From: Escherichia phage vB_EcoM-Pr121LW
Direction: 5' to 3' (one strand)
Sequence record: MH752840.1
DNA length: 64,000 bases
The notes below the pieces were generated by a model that did not search any database, was not told where the DNA came from, and saw only the letters and a list, made by a program, of their open reading frames with translations. The position numbers and the translations under genes are program-made. Of the stretch, positions 50,486 to 58,901 are shown piece after piece (the first letter of the stretch is position 1; each line of letters opens with the position of its first letter).

Positions 50486-50676
50486 AAGCAAAGTATCTTG
50501 CTGAAGGTATGAATAGGTATTTTACCCTTGGTGAAGAATATTGGCCCTTTACAAACAACGGCGATGTCTACGTGAAAGATAATTTCGGCACGCCGTGGTT
50601 TCTGCACTCTAATGGGCTGGGATACTCTATTTACTGCGGTGCAGTGAACAACACAACTCTTGCAGAGTTCGTTTAG
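50482..50676 (+). CDS. small protein, paralog family member
   Basis: FTLGEEYWPF ... VKDNFGTPWFL. Confidence 0.4.
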   Translation: MKAKYLAEGMNRYFTLGEEYWPFTNNGDVYVKDNFGTPWFLHSNGLGYSIYCGAVNNTTLAEFV

Positions 50677-50686
50677 AGGAGGTAGG

Positions 50687-51058
50687 ATGCTAGTAAAAGG
50701 TACCCACACAGTCAAACAACGTATTGAAGTTGAGATTGATGACTGTGAGCTGAAGCATATTTTACGGTCATGCTCCAACGTTTTGCTCCTTAGTATTCTT
50801 CAGGAGCGAGCGGAGAACGAGTTCTTAAATGCATTGGCAGGCCGTCCAGGTGACTTTTGTGTGCGTAAGCGTGGTGACAACAAGTCATGGTTGTGGGAAA
50901 TCGATGCCGACTGGGATTACCACAAAAATGAGGGCATAGATGAGCCTATTCGTGAACTGACGGACAAAGAGATTCAGATGTACAATGAAGTTTGTCATTG
51001 GGCAACACGCCAACAAATTTACCTAGACCCTGTGTGGCTGATTGAAAATAGCCATTGA
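50687..51058 (+). CDS. hypothetical protein
   Basis: ATG 50687 with RBS gaggagg; track start 50660 overlaps upstream gene. Confidence 0.4.
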   Translation: MLVKGTHTVKQRIEVEIDDCELKHILRSCSNVLLLSILQERAENEFLNALAGRPGDFCVRKRGDNKSWLWEIDADWDYHKNEGIDEPIRELTDKEIQMYNEVCHWATRQQIYLDPVWLIENSH

Positions 51059-51134
51059 CAAGAAGTAAGATTAGATATAAGATGCTTCACACAAACAAAG
51101 CGTTGATTTTTAAATAACTAAGGAGACTGCCAAG

Positions 51135-51389
51135 ATGAAAATTACTTTGAAGCCAGAATGCGTTGCAAATGACCGAGCTTTTAAAGATTGCACAGTCGGT
51201 GCAATCTATGAAGCAGAGTTTTGTGAGAACCCTCTGGTAAAAGCCCTTCTGGAAGAAGGGGCCCCTTTATCACAAGAAGAGATTGATGAGCTGGAAAACT
51301 CAGCACAGTGCCTTACCTTTAAAGATGATGAAGGAGACTCTGTCTGGTGCACTGTTAATGAGGTAGTTTTTGTAAAACCTGAACATTAA
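51135..51389 (+). CDS. small protein, paralog family member
   Basis: AFKDCTVGAIYEAEF ... FKDDEGDSVWCT; paralog of 51453 ORF. Confidence 0.4.
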   Translation: MKITLKPECVANDRAFKDCTVGAIYEAEFCENPLVKALLEEGAPLSQEEIDELENSAQCLTFKDDEGDSVWCTVNEVVFVKPEH

Positions 51390-51392
51390 TAC

Positions 51393-51430
51393 TTGACAAC
51401 AGTGATAGGGCCTAATATAATGGCCCTATC
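51393..51430 (+). promoter_or_regulatory. consensus sigma70 promoter (TTGACA-17-TATAAT) embedded in 9-bp perfect inverted repeat
   Basis: -35 51393-51398, -10 51416-51421; palindrome gatagggcc (51404-51412) / ggccctatc (51422-51430) centred on the -10. Confidence 0.6.
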
Positions 51431-51452
51431 AAAACGAAAGGGGACCACAGCA

Positions 51453-51725
51453 ATGACCAAACAATATCAACGAATTAAAGCCAAGGTTAAGCCAGACTAT
51501 CTGGAGAAAGACTCTGCTTTTCGGGACTGCACAGCCGACAAAGTTTACACAGGGGCCGTCCTGTTGAACGATGAACTTGAAGTAGATATTCTGGGTAAAG
51601 AGGCCACTATTAAGGACGACCAAGGCGATTATGTTTGCTGCACCACACGTGAGCTAGAAATCTTAGAATACTTCGGTGAAATCTTCACCTCTCTTGATGA
51701 TTACTTAGATGATGAGGAAGCGTGA
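51453..51725 (+). CDS. small protein, paralog family member
   Basis: ATG 51453 with RBS aaagggga; AFRDCTADKVYTGAV ... IKDDQGDYVCCT. Confidence 0.4.
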   Translation: MTKQYQRIKAKVKPDYLEKDSAFRDCTADKVYTGAVLLNDELEVDILGKEATIKDDQGDYVCCTTRELEILEYFGEIFTSLDDYLDDEEA

Positions 51726-52114
51726 TGAAAAATATTTGGGATATCAATATCTTTGAAGCCTCTAAGCTTGATGGTGCTGATGGAGTGATTATGGTATCTG
51801 ATGGCAAGGCAACACTAACTTCCGGAGATATCATCTATGCCTTGGACGAGCTGGCGCTTCTGAAATCTACCGGTAACACTCTAGAGGAGCGTCTTCAAGG
51901 CTTCGCCTTCAAAGAAGGTACAAATACAGCCATGATGTGCACCACACGGACAGTTCAGATGGGTAACGGTGTCTATATGATTATTGCTGTGTGTCCTAAA
52001 TTCAGCAACGTCAACAAAGATGATGCTGACGCGGTGAACGATGTGGTTGTTCTCTTCGTGGGTGACGCTATGGCAGATCTGATGAATGCAGGGGAAGCAG
52101 CAAATGAAGACTGA
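51725..52114 (+). CDS. hypothetical protein
   Basis: ATG 51725 overlapping upstream stop (GTGATG). Confidence 0.4.
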   Translation: MKNIWDINIFEASKLDGADGVIMVSDGKATLTSGDIIYALDELALLKSTGNTLEERLQGFAFKEGTNTAMMCTTRTVQMGNGVYMIIAVCPKFSNVNKDDADAVNDVVVLFVGDAMADLMNAGEAANED

Positions 52115-52406
52115 AAACATCACCCCAGCAGGGTTCTTAAAAGTATACCGTGAACTGCTGTATACTACAGAGGACAGTGTTCTAGAGTATCCAGAATATC
52201 TCTTGCTGTATAAGTATCTGCAGGAGGCTGGTGAAAATCTGCCAGTTAGTGCAGAAGGCGGTCCGAACTGGGTATACAGCGCATGGAGAAAGGTTGACAT
52301 TATCCCAGACCCAGGCAAAGATATGGTAGTTTGGCAGCTTATCAACAACATCGGGATTCCAATCTTTGATGAAGCTGTTAAAATCTATTTTGAACTTGAC
52401 GATTAA
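52104..52406 (+). CDS. hypothetical protein
   Basis: ATG 52104; track start 52086 overlaps upstream gene. Confidence 0.4.
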   Translation: MKTENITPAGFLKVYRELLYTTEDSVLEYPEYLLLYKYLQEAGENLPVSAEGGPNWVYSAWRKVDIIPDPGKDMVVWQLINNIGIPIFDEAVKIYFELDD

Positions 52407-52423
52407 TATCAGGAGACCTTAAG

Positions 52424-52669
52424 ATGACTGAAGTAGTTGCTCGCGCAGGACAGAAAGTACGTTGTGTTGAAGTAGGTTTTGGTGGCAAAGGGTGTCAAAA
52501 CTTGACTCAAGGTAAGGAATACGCTGTTATCTCTGGTGGTGGCGACGAAAGTATTGTGTTCGAGGGCCACATCCTGGATGCTGAAAACTTTGAAATCTTT
52601 GACGACGATGGGGATCCGATCACCTGCCTGCTGGACGGGAATTGGGGAACTTTCGAAGTGATTGGCTAA
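52424..52669 (+). CDS. small protein, paralog family member
   Basis: LTQGKEYAVIS ... FDDDGDPITCLL; RBS aggagacc. Confidence 0.4.
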   Translation: MTEVVARAGQKVRCVEVGFGGKGCQNLTQGKEYAVISGGGDESIVFEGHILDAENFEIFDDDGDPITCLLDGNWGTFEVIG

Positions 52670-52752
52670 CAAATACCTATTGTAATTTACAGAAGGGGAT
52701 GCTAAAATAGTGTCTCCTTCTATGTTGTTCAAATAAAATCGGAGATTCCATA

Positions 52753-53118
52753 ATGGAACAAATGAACGATCAAGAGTCGGTTGCGATGAACGAGCAAGAA
52801 CAACCTCAAGAATTTTTCTTAGGGTTAAGTAAAGATCAAGTGTCTCTTTTGCTAGTGCTTTCTTCTTTCATGGGAAGACTTCAGGAGCTCACACAACAAC
52901 CGGAGGCTGAACAATTATTTCAGGCTCTGCGTGAAGAAGAAAAATATCGTCGTTTGGACTATGCCTTAGGTTGGGTAGCTCAACAACGAGATATGCTAAT
53001 GGCCCTCTCTGGGACCACAAGTTTTGCAATGGGCCTATTGGCTCAAGTTCAGGACAAATTAATTCAAGCAGGGTTTGCACACACGGCAAACACTAACGAA
53101 GAACAAGGAGACAAATAA
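52753..53118 (+). CDS. hypothetical protein
   Basis: 121-aa ORF, RBS cggaga, immediately upstream of SSB. Confidence 0.4.
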   Translation: MEQMNDQESVAMNEQEQPQEFFLGLSKDQVSLLLVLSSFMGRLQELTQQPEAEQLFQALREEEKYRRLDYALGWVAQQRDMLMALSGTTSFAMGLLAQVQDKLIQAGFAHTANTNEEQGDK

Positions 53119-54344
53119 TGAGCGTTATTCAACAATTTGCTAACCCGATGAATCCGCGTGAAACTGTTTTACTGGCTCACGGTATGATCAAGCGTGTTAG
53201 CATCAAACCTATTAAAGGAGCTGATCCTGCAACAGGTATTAAAACCACCGTGTGGCAAGGTAAGAAAATTGAATCCAGCCACACCATCTCTTTACTGATT
53301 TCTGAACTGGATTCCTCTGATAACCTACTTCAAGGCGGTGAAGAAGTCTGGATCAGCATGGGTGATAAGCTGCTTAAACCTGGCCATCAAGACTCTGTCT
53401 CTGTTAAGATTGATGACAAGTGGGAAACCGTAACGCCAGGATGGATCGTAAATATTCCTTTGAAGGCAAACGAGCATAACGGTAAGACCTATTACAAAGG
53501 CTCACTGGCTAAGATGGTCAAGCTGGGTGCAGGAGAGGCTCCAGCAGCGACTCAGCAGCAAAAACAGCAACAAGGTGCACAATCACAAGGCCAGAAGCAG
53601 AAACCTCAGCAGAATGCCAATCAGGACGTTTTACGCATCTATGGCGATGTGACTCAGATTGTTGGCAACGTGGTTACTGTTAATGACCACAAGATCGGCG
53701 AAGGTGCTATGGTTGTCACGGATGAGCAGCTTAAAGACCTGGTGGTAGGTGGTCGTGTTGCAGCCATTGTTGACAAAGACACCGGAAACATTATCAGTGG
53801 TTTCAAAGCCTATCCACCTAAGGCAGAGAACGGCACCCAAGGTTCTGGTGGCAAGCGTAAATCCTCTTACGACCCTATTGGTGTGGAGACTGGGCATAGC
53901 ATCAATGCGTTGCAAATCATCCTGGATCGCGGGTTTAAGGTAGACGACCCACTAGGTGTGGCTAAAGCACTGCACGTAGTCACCATTGAGCTTAAGAAAG
54001 AGTATGCTCAAGCCACCAACCGAACTGAAGATGAAGTAGGTGCCAGTGTCGGTAATGCGGTGTTGAACGCTTGTCGCCGTATTGACAAGAAAACGAAAGT
54101 TGATGATTTTGCAGCGGCAATTACTGCAGAAGCAAAAGATGTGTTGACTAATCTGGCTGAGCCGTTGTACGATTGGATCAAGAACGGTGCTGGGTCAACT
54201 GACCATCAAGAACCTCAGGCTGCCAAACAGGAAGCAGCTCCACAGCAAAACACTGTAGACGCTCCTCCTGTAAATGATGGGGAAGACGACCCGATGGATC
54301 AGAATCCAGCACAGTACGCCTTTGATGATGACATCCCCTTCTAA
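53118..54344 (+). CDS. ssb: single-stranded DNA-binding protein with acidic C-terminal tail
   Basis: C-terminus ends YAFDDDIPF, matching the DDDIPF partner-binding tail of bacterial SSB; Gln-rich linker; replication-module context. Confidence 0.6.
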   Translation: MSVIQQFANPMNPRETVLLAHGMIKRVSIKPIKGADPATGIKTTVWQGKKIESSHTISLLISELDSSDNLLQGGEEVWISMGDKLLKPGHQDSVSVKIDDKWETVTPGWIVNIPLKANEHNGKTYYKGSLAKMVKLGAGEAPAATQQQKQQQGAQSQGQKQKPQQNANQDVLRIYGDVTQIVGNVVTVNDHKIGEGAMVVTDEQLKDLVVGGRVAAIVDKDTGNIISGFKAYPPKAENGTQGSGGKRKSSYDPIGVETGHSINALQIILDRGFKVDDPLGVAKALHVVTIELKKEYAQATNRTEDEVGASVGNAVLNACRRIDKKTKVDDFAAAITAEAKDVLTNLAEPLYDWIKNGAGSTDHQEPQAAKQEAAPQQNTVDAPPVNDGEDDPMDQNPAQYAFDDDIPF

Positions 54345-54359
54345 CATCTAGTTAACATA

Positions 54360-54389
54360 GCCCTGCCCGAAAGGGTGGGGCATTTTTGT
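54360..54389 (+). terminator. rho-independent terminator
   Basis: gccctgcccgaaagggtggggc hairpin (same as 44214) followed by atttttgt. Confidence 0.7.
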
Positions 54390-54406
54390 ATAAGGAGATC
54401 TGAAAA

Positions 54407-54823
54407 ATGACATTAGAAGATATCATTGTTAAACCTGAGAACTATGACCAATACAACCTGTCAACTCAATCTGTAGACCTTGGATGCGCCACAGTCAGTG
54501 CGTGGCTGGTTAACGGAAAAGAGCTGGACAAGTGCTTAGAAGCTCACATGTCTGTTAACAAGTTTCTGGATGAAAATACTCACTGGCTTGAGGGTGCTGG
54601 AGTATATGCTTCATGGTTGGAGAGCATGGGCTTTGACTATCAATCTGATGAAGGGTGGTGGAGCTATCTAGCTATCTGTCCAGAAACACTGCAATGCTTC
54701 ATGAAATATTCTGAAGATTTGGAGTACCGGGCGGTGGTTGATAGTGCTATTGCCCGTTATAGCCGTAAACCTTTTTCCCACGACATTAAAACTGTGGAAG
54801 AGTTTGTTGAAGTTTTCTGTTGA
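54407..54823 (+). CDS. hypothetical protein
   Basis: 138-aa ORF, RBS aaggagatc after terminator. Confidence 0.4.
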   Translation: MTLEDIIVKPENYDQYNLSTQSVDLGCATVSAWLVNGKELDKCLEAHMSVNKFLDENTHWLEGAGVYASWLESMGFDYQSDEGWWSYLAICPETLQCFMKYSEDLEYRAVVDSAIARYSRKPFSHDIKTVEEFVEVFC

Positions 54824-54918
54824 CACAGGTTGAAAGGTGTGCAATTATAACTTCATAGACTGGAGGACGTGATGAACGAAGAAAACTGGGATGTATAACT
54901 AACAGGAGGCCACTGCCC

Positions 54919-55116
54919 ATGATTTATCGAATCCGTGTAAGAGAAGATGCACCAGGCTGTTACTTTGACTGGCGTGGGTGGTGGTTTCTCCACCCAATGG
55001 ATGGACTCACAGATAGAATGCTGGATGCTGCCTTTTATACAGATACCGACATAGAATATAATCTCTATCTGAAAGACGGTATAGATAACGGCCTGTTTGA
55101 AGCAATTCCTGTGTAA
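54919..55116 (+). CDS. hypothetical protein
   Basis: 65-aa ORF, RBS aggagg. Confidence 0.35.
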   Translation: MIYRIRVREDAPGCYFDWRGWWFLHPMDGLTDRMLDAAFYTDTDIEYNLYLKDGIDNGLFEAIPV

Positions 55117-55184
55117 GAGACTGTGATAGCTATGTTTTATGATCTTCCTGTAGCACCACCACCTGTTGAACCCGGAGAACTAAG

Positions 55185-55610
55185 ATGATCTATGAAATGC
55201 CAAAACTGATTCATGACGATGCCCAAAACGCTCACACCATTATTATGGGTAAGCGCATGGATATTATTTGTCATAAAGATTTCTGGGAAGGGAGTTACTT
55301 CACGGAATATTTTGGTAAACTGGATAATGGTCTGCTGATCCAGTTCTACACCGATGCGGAAAACAATATCTGCTGGGAGTTCGAAACTGAAGATATCCAT
55401 AAACTTTTCACCTTCCTAGGTATTAAGGTTGAGGCCAAGTTCGAAGAAGGTGAGTGCGACGATTGTGGATTCTACGAGGTAACAGATTTCTATCTCCCAA
55501 GTGGTGAGAACCTTTACTATGAAAGCCACTTCGGCAACTCAAATATGCCACAAGGTTGGGATGAGTTTTTTGAAATTGTGGAAGAGGAGCTGGCATACCG
55601 TGATTATTGA
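55185..55610 (+). CDS. hypothetical protein
   Basis: 141-aa ORF, RBS ggagaa. Confidence 0.4.
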   Translation: MIYEMPKLIHDDAQNAHTIIMGKRMDIICHKDFWEGSYFTEYFGKLDNGLLIQFYTDAENNICWEFETEDIHKLFTFLGIKVEAKFEEGECDDCGFYEVTDFYLPSGENLYYESHFGNSNMPQGWDEFFEIVEEELAYRDY

Positions 55611-56058
55611 TACTGTAGAGGGAGATTTAATCTCCCTTTTTAAGAGCGGCGCTGGTCACCTGATCCACGGTTGTAACTGCTTCCACACAATGGGCAAGGG
55701 GATAGCAAAACAGATTGCCCGTGAGTTCCCTCAAGCATTGGCAGCTGACAAAGAGACCAGACATGGTTGCCTAAGTAAACTGGGTGCGTTCTCCCGATGG
55801 GAGCACTTATCTCCGAGAGGTATTGTCTACGGAATCAATCTGTATACTCAGTTCTACCCAGGACCTAATGCTGAATATTTCTCAATCCTGAAAGGCTTTG
55901 AGCTAGTCAATGAGGTATTCAGTGGATCGACTTTACCATTCTACATCCCTAAGATCGGGTGCGGCATAGGCGGTTTGAAGTGGGAGCACGTAGAGGACGT
56001 TATTAACCTTGCCACTTTTGATATGAATATTATCGTGGTGGAGTACAAAAAGTGTTGA
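55600..56058 (+). CDS. macro-domain protein (Macro_2-like, ADP-ribose binding/processing)
   Basis: GTG 55600 with RBS gaggag 12 nt upstream; HGCNCFHTMGKGIAKQI and IPKIGCGIGGL match macro-domain phosphate-binding loops. Confidence 0.6.
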   Translation: MIIDTVEGDLISLFKSGAGHLIHGCNCFHTMGKGIAKQIAREFPQALAADKETRHGCLSKLGAFSRWEHLSPRGIVYGINLYTQFYPGPNAEYFSILKGFELVNEVFSGSTLPFYIPKIGCGIGGLKWEHVEDVINLATFDMNIIVVEYKKC

Positions 56059-56083
56059 CAGCGGGTTTTTGAGATGGTATAGT
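56055..56083 (+). promoter_or_regulatory. sigma70-type promoter (TTGACA-17-TATAGT)
   Basis: Hexamers with 17-nt spacer. Confidence 0.5.
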
Positions 56084-56111
56084 CACCACAACGATTGAGA
56101 GAGGGAGCACT

Positions 56112-56282
56112 ATGGAGACTAAAATCTTAATTCTGGCTGTGATAGATACAACCGAAGGGGCTGTGTTCGAATCTGCAGGAGGGTATTTCTACCTACCCTA
56201 CGGAAAAAGAACTGCTGAACCAGGTAAAGATTCAATCATCAAAGTGTTCCCGTGTGCTTTCTGGCTGGATATTTTGGTATAA
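56112..56282 (+). CDS. small hypothetical protein (56 aa)
   Basis: Hand-translated; follows promoter 56055-56083 and RBS gagagggag. Confidence 0.3.
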   Translation: METKILILAVIDTTEGAVFESAGGYFYLPYGKRTAEPGKDSIIKVFPCAFWLDILV

Positions 56283-56308
56283 GATTGCAGAGGATTTGGG
56301 AGAGAATT

Positions 56309-56503
56309 ATGAGAAACAAGAGAGAGCTTTACTCTGGCGAGTGGATAAACGATCAACAGGTTGGAGAGGTAACCTGCTTCCGGTGTTTTACTCGGTACAA
56401 TCTTAAAACTGCACCAAAAAGTGTTCCAAAGACTGATGGTTATTACATAAAAGAGCCTCATTGCCCGAAATGTAAATGCCGAGTATACTGGAGTAACCTG
56501 TAA
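56309..56503 (+). CDS. small zinc-ribbon protein
   Basis: ATG 56309 with RBS ggagaga; CFRC ... CPKCKC cysteine pairs. Confidence 0.4.
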   Translation: MRNKRELYSGEWINDQQVGEVTCFRCFTRYNLKTAPKSVPKTDGYYIKEPHCPKCKCRVYWSNL

Positions 56504-56507
56504 AAGA

Positions 56508-56535
56508 TTGACATCTGAAAACTGCGGTGTATAAT
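56508..56535 (+). promoter_or_regulatory. sigma70-type promoter (TTGACA-16-TATAAT)
   Basis: Consensus hexamers with 16-nt spacer. Confidence 0.6.
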
Positions 56536-56566
56536 ACAAACATAAACTAGCAGAGAGGGATATATT

Positions 56567-56758
56567 ATGGTAATTTTTAATCGAGACGGTATCATAGTCA
56601 GGCAGCACCCATTCCTTGAATACTATCAAATTGAGCAATGGTGCTACGGAGATTGCAGTCACTCCTATGGGCAAAGTTGGGGATATCGCACAGTTTTTGA
56701 ATCAACAGACCTTGACAAAGTAAGACAGAAAGTTTTAGAACTTATTAACAACAAGTGA
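56567..56758 (+). CDS. hypothetical protein
   Basis: 63-aa ORF behind strong promoter 56508-56535 and RBS gagaggga. Confidence 0.4.
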   Translation: MVIFNRDGIIVRQHPFLEYYQIEQWCYGDCSHSYGQSWGYRTVFESTDLDKVRQKVLELINNK

Positions 56759-56768
56759 GTATCGTGCC

Positions 56769-57101
56769 ATGGTAACATTGGAAAGACGTAAAGCTATCGC
56801 CGCCACACTGGCAGACATCTTTTGGGATTGCAACTTAAAAGATACCCGAAATTGTGGCGCATCTGTAGATGTATTATTCCCACGGCCTACCATTGTTGCA
56901 ATGGGAAACCTGTCAAACGTAGTGTACGGAGCATGGGACAAAGAAGGTGGATTCTATATCTGGCAACCTGACTACGGAGCCTGGAAAGAGGTAAGGGGTG
57001 CGGTTGACTTTGGGCCTACAAGTGCTAAGATGGATGGCTGGGAAATTTATGTTGGAAACGACATGAAGCTGAAAGGCGAGATTGTTTACTGGTTGCCTTA
57101 A
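56769..57101 (+). CDS. hypothetical protein
   Basis: 110-aa ORF. Confidence 0.4.
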   Translation: MVTLERRKAIAATLADIFWDCNLKDTRNCGASVDVLFPRPTIVAMGNLSNVVYGAWDKEGGFYIWQPDYGAWKEVRGAVDFGPTSAKMDGWEIYVGNDMKLKGEIVYWLP

Positions 57102-57121
57102 GAACGTGCAGGAGATAAAGT

Positions 57122-57367
57122 ATGAACAAAGGGTGGACATTCGTAGACGGCGTTAAAAACATGCCTCTTGGAAAGTATATTGTAGCCATGGCAGATGAGA
57201 ATGGCAAGGTGGATTTCGGAGTTTGCGAGGTTGTTCTTGCAGGATCTGGCGACTATGTGCACAAAACTGGGATAATTAACGGTCATTTCTACTTTGATTA
57301 CAACCCTGTTGTGGCGTATATGGCTATGCCAGAGTTTAAGTTCCCAAAGGAGGGTGCTGATGTTTAA
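57122..57367 (+). CDS. hypothetical protein
   Basis: 81-aa ORF, RBS aggagataaag. Confidence 0.4.
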   Translation: MNKGWTFVDGVKNMPLGKYIVAMADENGKVDFGVCEVVLAGSGDYVHKTGIINGHFYFDYNPVVAYMAMPEFKFPKEGADV

Positions 57368-57557
57368 GCTTAAATCCGCATGGAACATTGCTGTAGGTGA
57401 CGAGATCCGTATTCCCGGTGGAGAAACTATTATGAAGATATCTCGTATCGAGTATGAAGGTGACCGTGTATTCCACATCTTTGCAGAAGATGGTCGAGAA
57501 ATTTATATACAGGCAGGCTCTCACATCTATATCCGTAAGAAAGGGGACGACAAATGA
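57360..57557 (+). CDS. hypothetical protein
   Basis: ATG 57360 with RBS aaggaggg, overlapping upstream stop. Confidence 0.4.
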   Translation: MFKLKSAWNIAVGDEIRIPGGETIMKISRIEYEGDRVFHIFAEDGREIYIQAGSHIYIRKKGDDK

Positions 57558-57886
57558 CAGAGATCATCGTTTCAACTGCAGGGTATGTATTCCTGACAAT
57601 CATTGCGCTGGCTATTCTGGTGGCGGTGTATGGATTTGTTATCCTGCCTATTCTTGAGACATTTAGTTTGTGTCGGTGTTGGAGAAAAGCTTACGGACCA
57701 CAACCGTGGAAAGACTGGTTCCATTTGGTGCGTATAGCGTTCTCTTATGCCTATGACCACTCTAGCAGTGCATGCGTAACCGGGTACCATGCCTACAACT
57801 GGAACTGGGAAGGGTTGGGGAGATGGACTGTTACAAAAACTATACCCTTACGGTTGTACAAAGGAAAGAACAAACTGGGCACCTGA
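57554..57886 (+). CDS. membrane protein
   Basis: Hydrophobic segment YVFLTIIALAILVAVYGFVILPIL; last gene before non-coding region. Confidence 0.45.
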   Translation: MTEIIVSTAGYVFLTIIALAILVAVYGFVILPILETFSLCRCWRKAYGPQPWKDWFHLVRIAFSYAYDHSSSACVTGYHAYNWNWEGLGRWTVTKTIPLRLYKGKNKLGT

Positions 57887-58901
57887 TATTTTAAGTTATC
57901 AGGTTCCCAGAGATCAGGAGGATTTCTAAAATGGATTTCCTCCTTTTGATATTTCACCGGACCAGATATTTTAAAATTCTTAGAAAATCAGAAAATGGAT
58001 CGAAAACTAAAATGGATTTTTTCAACACAGGCGCGGAAAATTGTGCCAATCTATCTAGCCGTTTGCACCATATTCGAAATCACCGTTCCAGATTTCCCAC
58101 ACATACACACCTCCCCGCCATACCTTTCTCCACTCACTCTTAGTGATTTATGACGGAAAACCCATCACTATCAGTGAGTTGCGGTACAATTTTTCCAGTA
58201 CTCGATCTACTTTTCATTTCATGGTTTGGATTTTCTGAAAATTTTTCTCGATAAATTTCTCAGTACTCGATCTGTTTTTCGTTTTCTGAATCGGATTTTC
58301 TGGAAATCGTTCCGGCTCTCGACCTGAAATTTTTGGGGACGAAATCGATTTTTCGTTTTCAGAAATGGATTTTTAAAATTTCTATATGGGAATATTTTAT
58401 GGGGTACTGTTTTATAGGAAATTGTTACGGATGGTAATTAGCATGCTAATTAAATTTATTAAATGCGAGGAGTTCTCATTTAGAATTTTGAATGATAATC
58501 ATTCTCGTTTGCAGAATAACGGGCAGGCCCGGTGATTGTCTCCCGGCCCCTACTGCCCCGGCTTGCTATTATAGTAACACACAGGACAAAGAAAGCAAGA
58601 AGTTTTTGCATAAATTTTTAGACGATAATGATAATCGTTCTCATTTCATGCAGCGCCCATCCCCGGTGGTTGTCTCCCCCGTCACCGGTGCCTGCCGTCC
58701 TTTCGATAGGTATATTGTGCCACCTGGCGGGGCCGCTGTCAACACTTTTCAAAAAATTTTTCTAACCTGATGCGCTAACCGCTGCAACCTGGCGGGGCCA
58801 GCCTGGCAGTACCTAACTGACCAGGTAGGAGAGAATGAAGGCTTGTAAACCTGGTGGGCCTATGCTATAGGATAGGTAACAATTGAAGAGGAGGTACAAA
58901 A
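57887..58901. other. about 1-kb non-coding region with several families of short direct repeats
   Basis: Four aaaatggat copies, two cagtactcgatct copies, two tttcgttttc copies, two gataatcNttctcNttt ... cccggtgNttgtctccc units (58493-58565, 58623-58700), two cctggcggggcc copies; no ORF with credible coding character. Confidence 0.6.
57916..57955 (+). terminator. hairpin aggagga / tcctcct with T-rich tail (possible terminator)
   Basis: 7-bp stem with 15-nt loop followed by tttgatattt; just after last replication-module gene. Confidence 0.35.

Noticed and set aside
56165-56173. tRNA T-loop-like GTTCGAATC, and a similar TTCGAAATC near 58073
   Set aside because: Flanking sequence cannot form a T-stem or acceptor stem; the first lies inside a plausible small CDS. 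No tRNA called.
57931-58143. 70-aa ORF with an apparent strong RBS (aggagg) in the non-coding region; also ORF 58492-58770
   Set aside because: The RBS is one arm of a 7-bp hairpin (aggagga/tcctcct) with the ATG in the loop; both ORFs are low-complexity and sit within repeat arrays.
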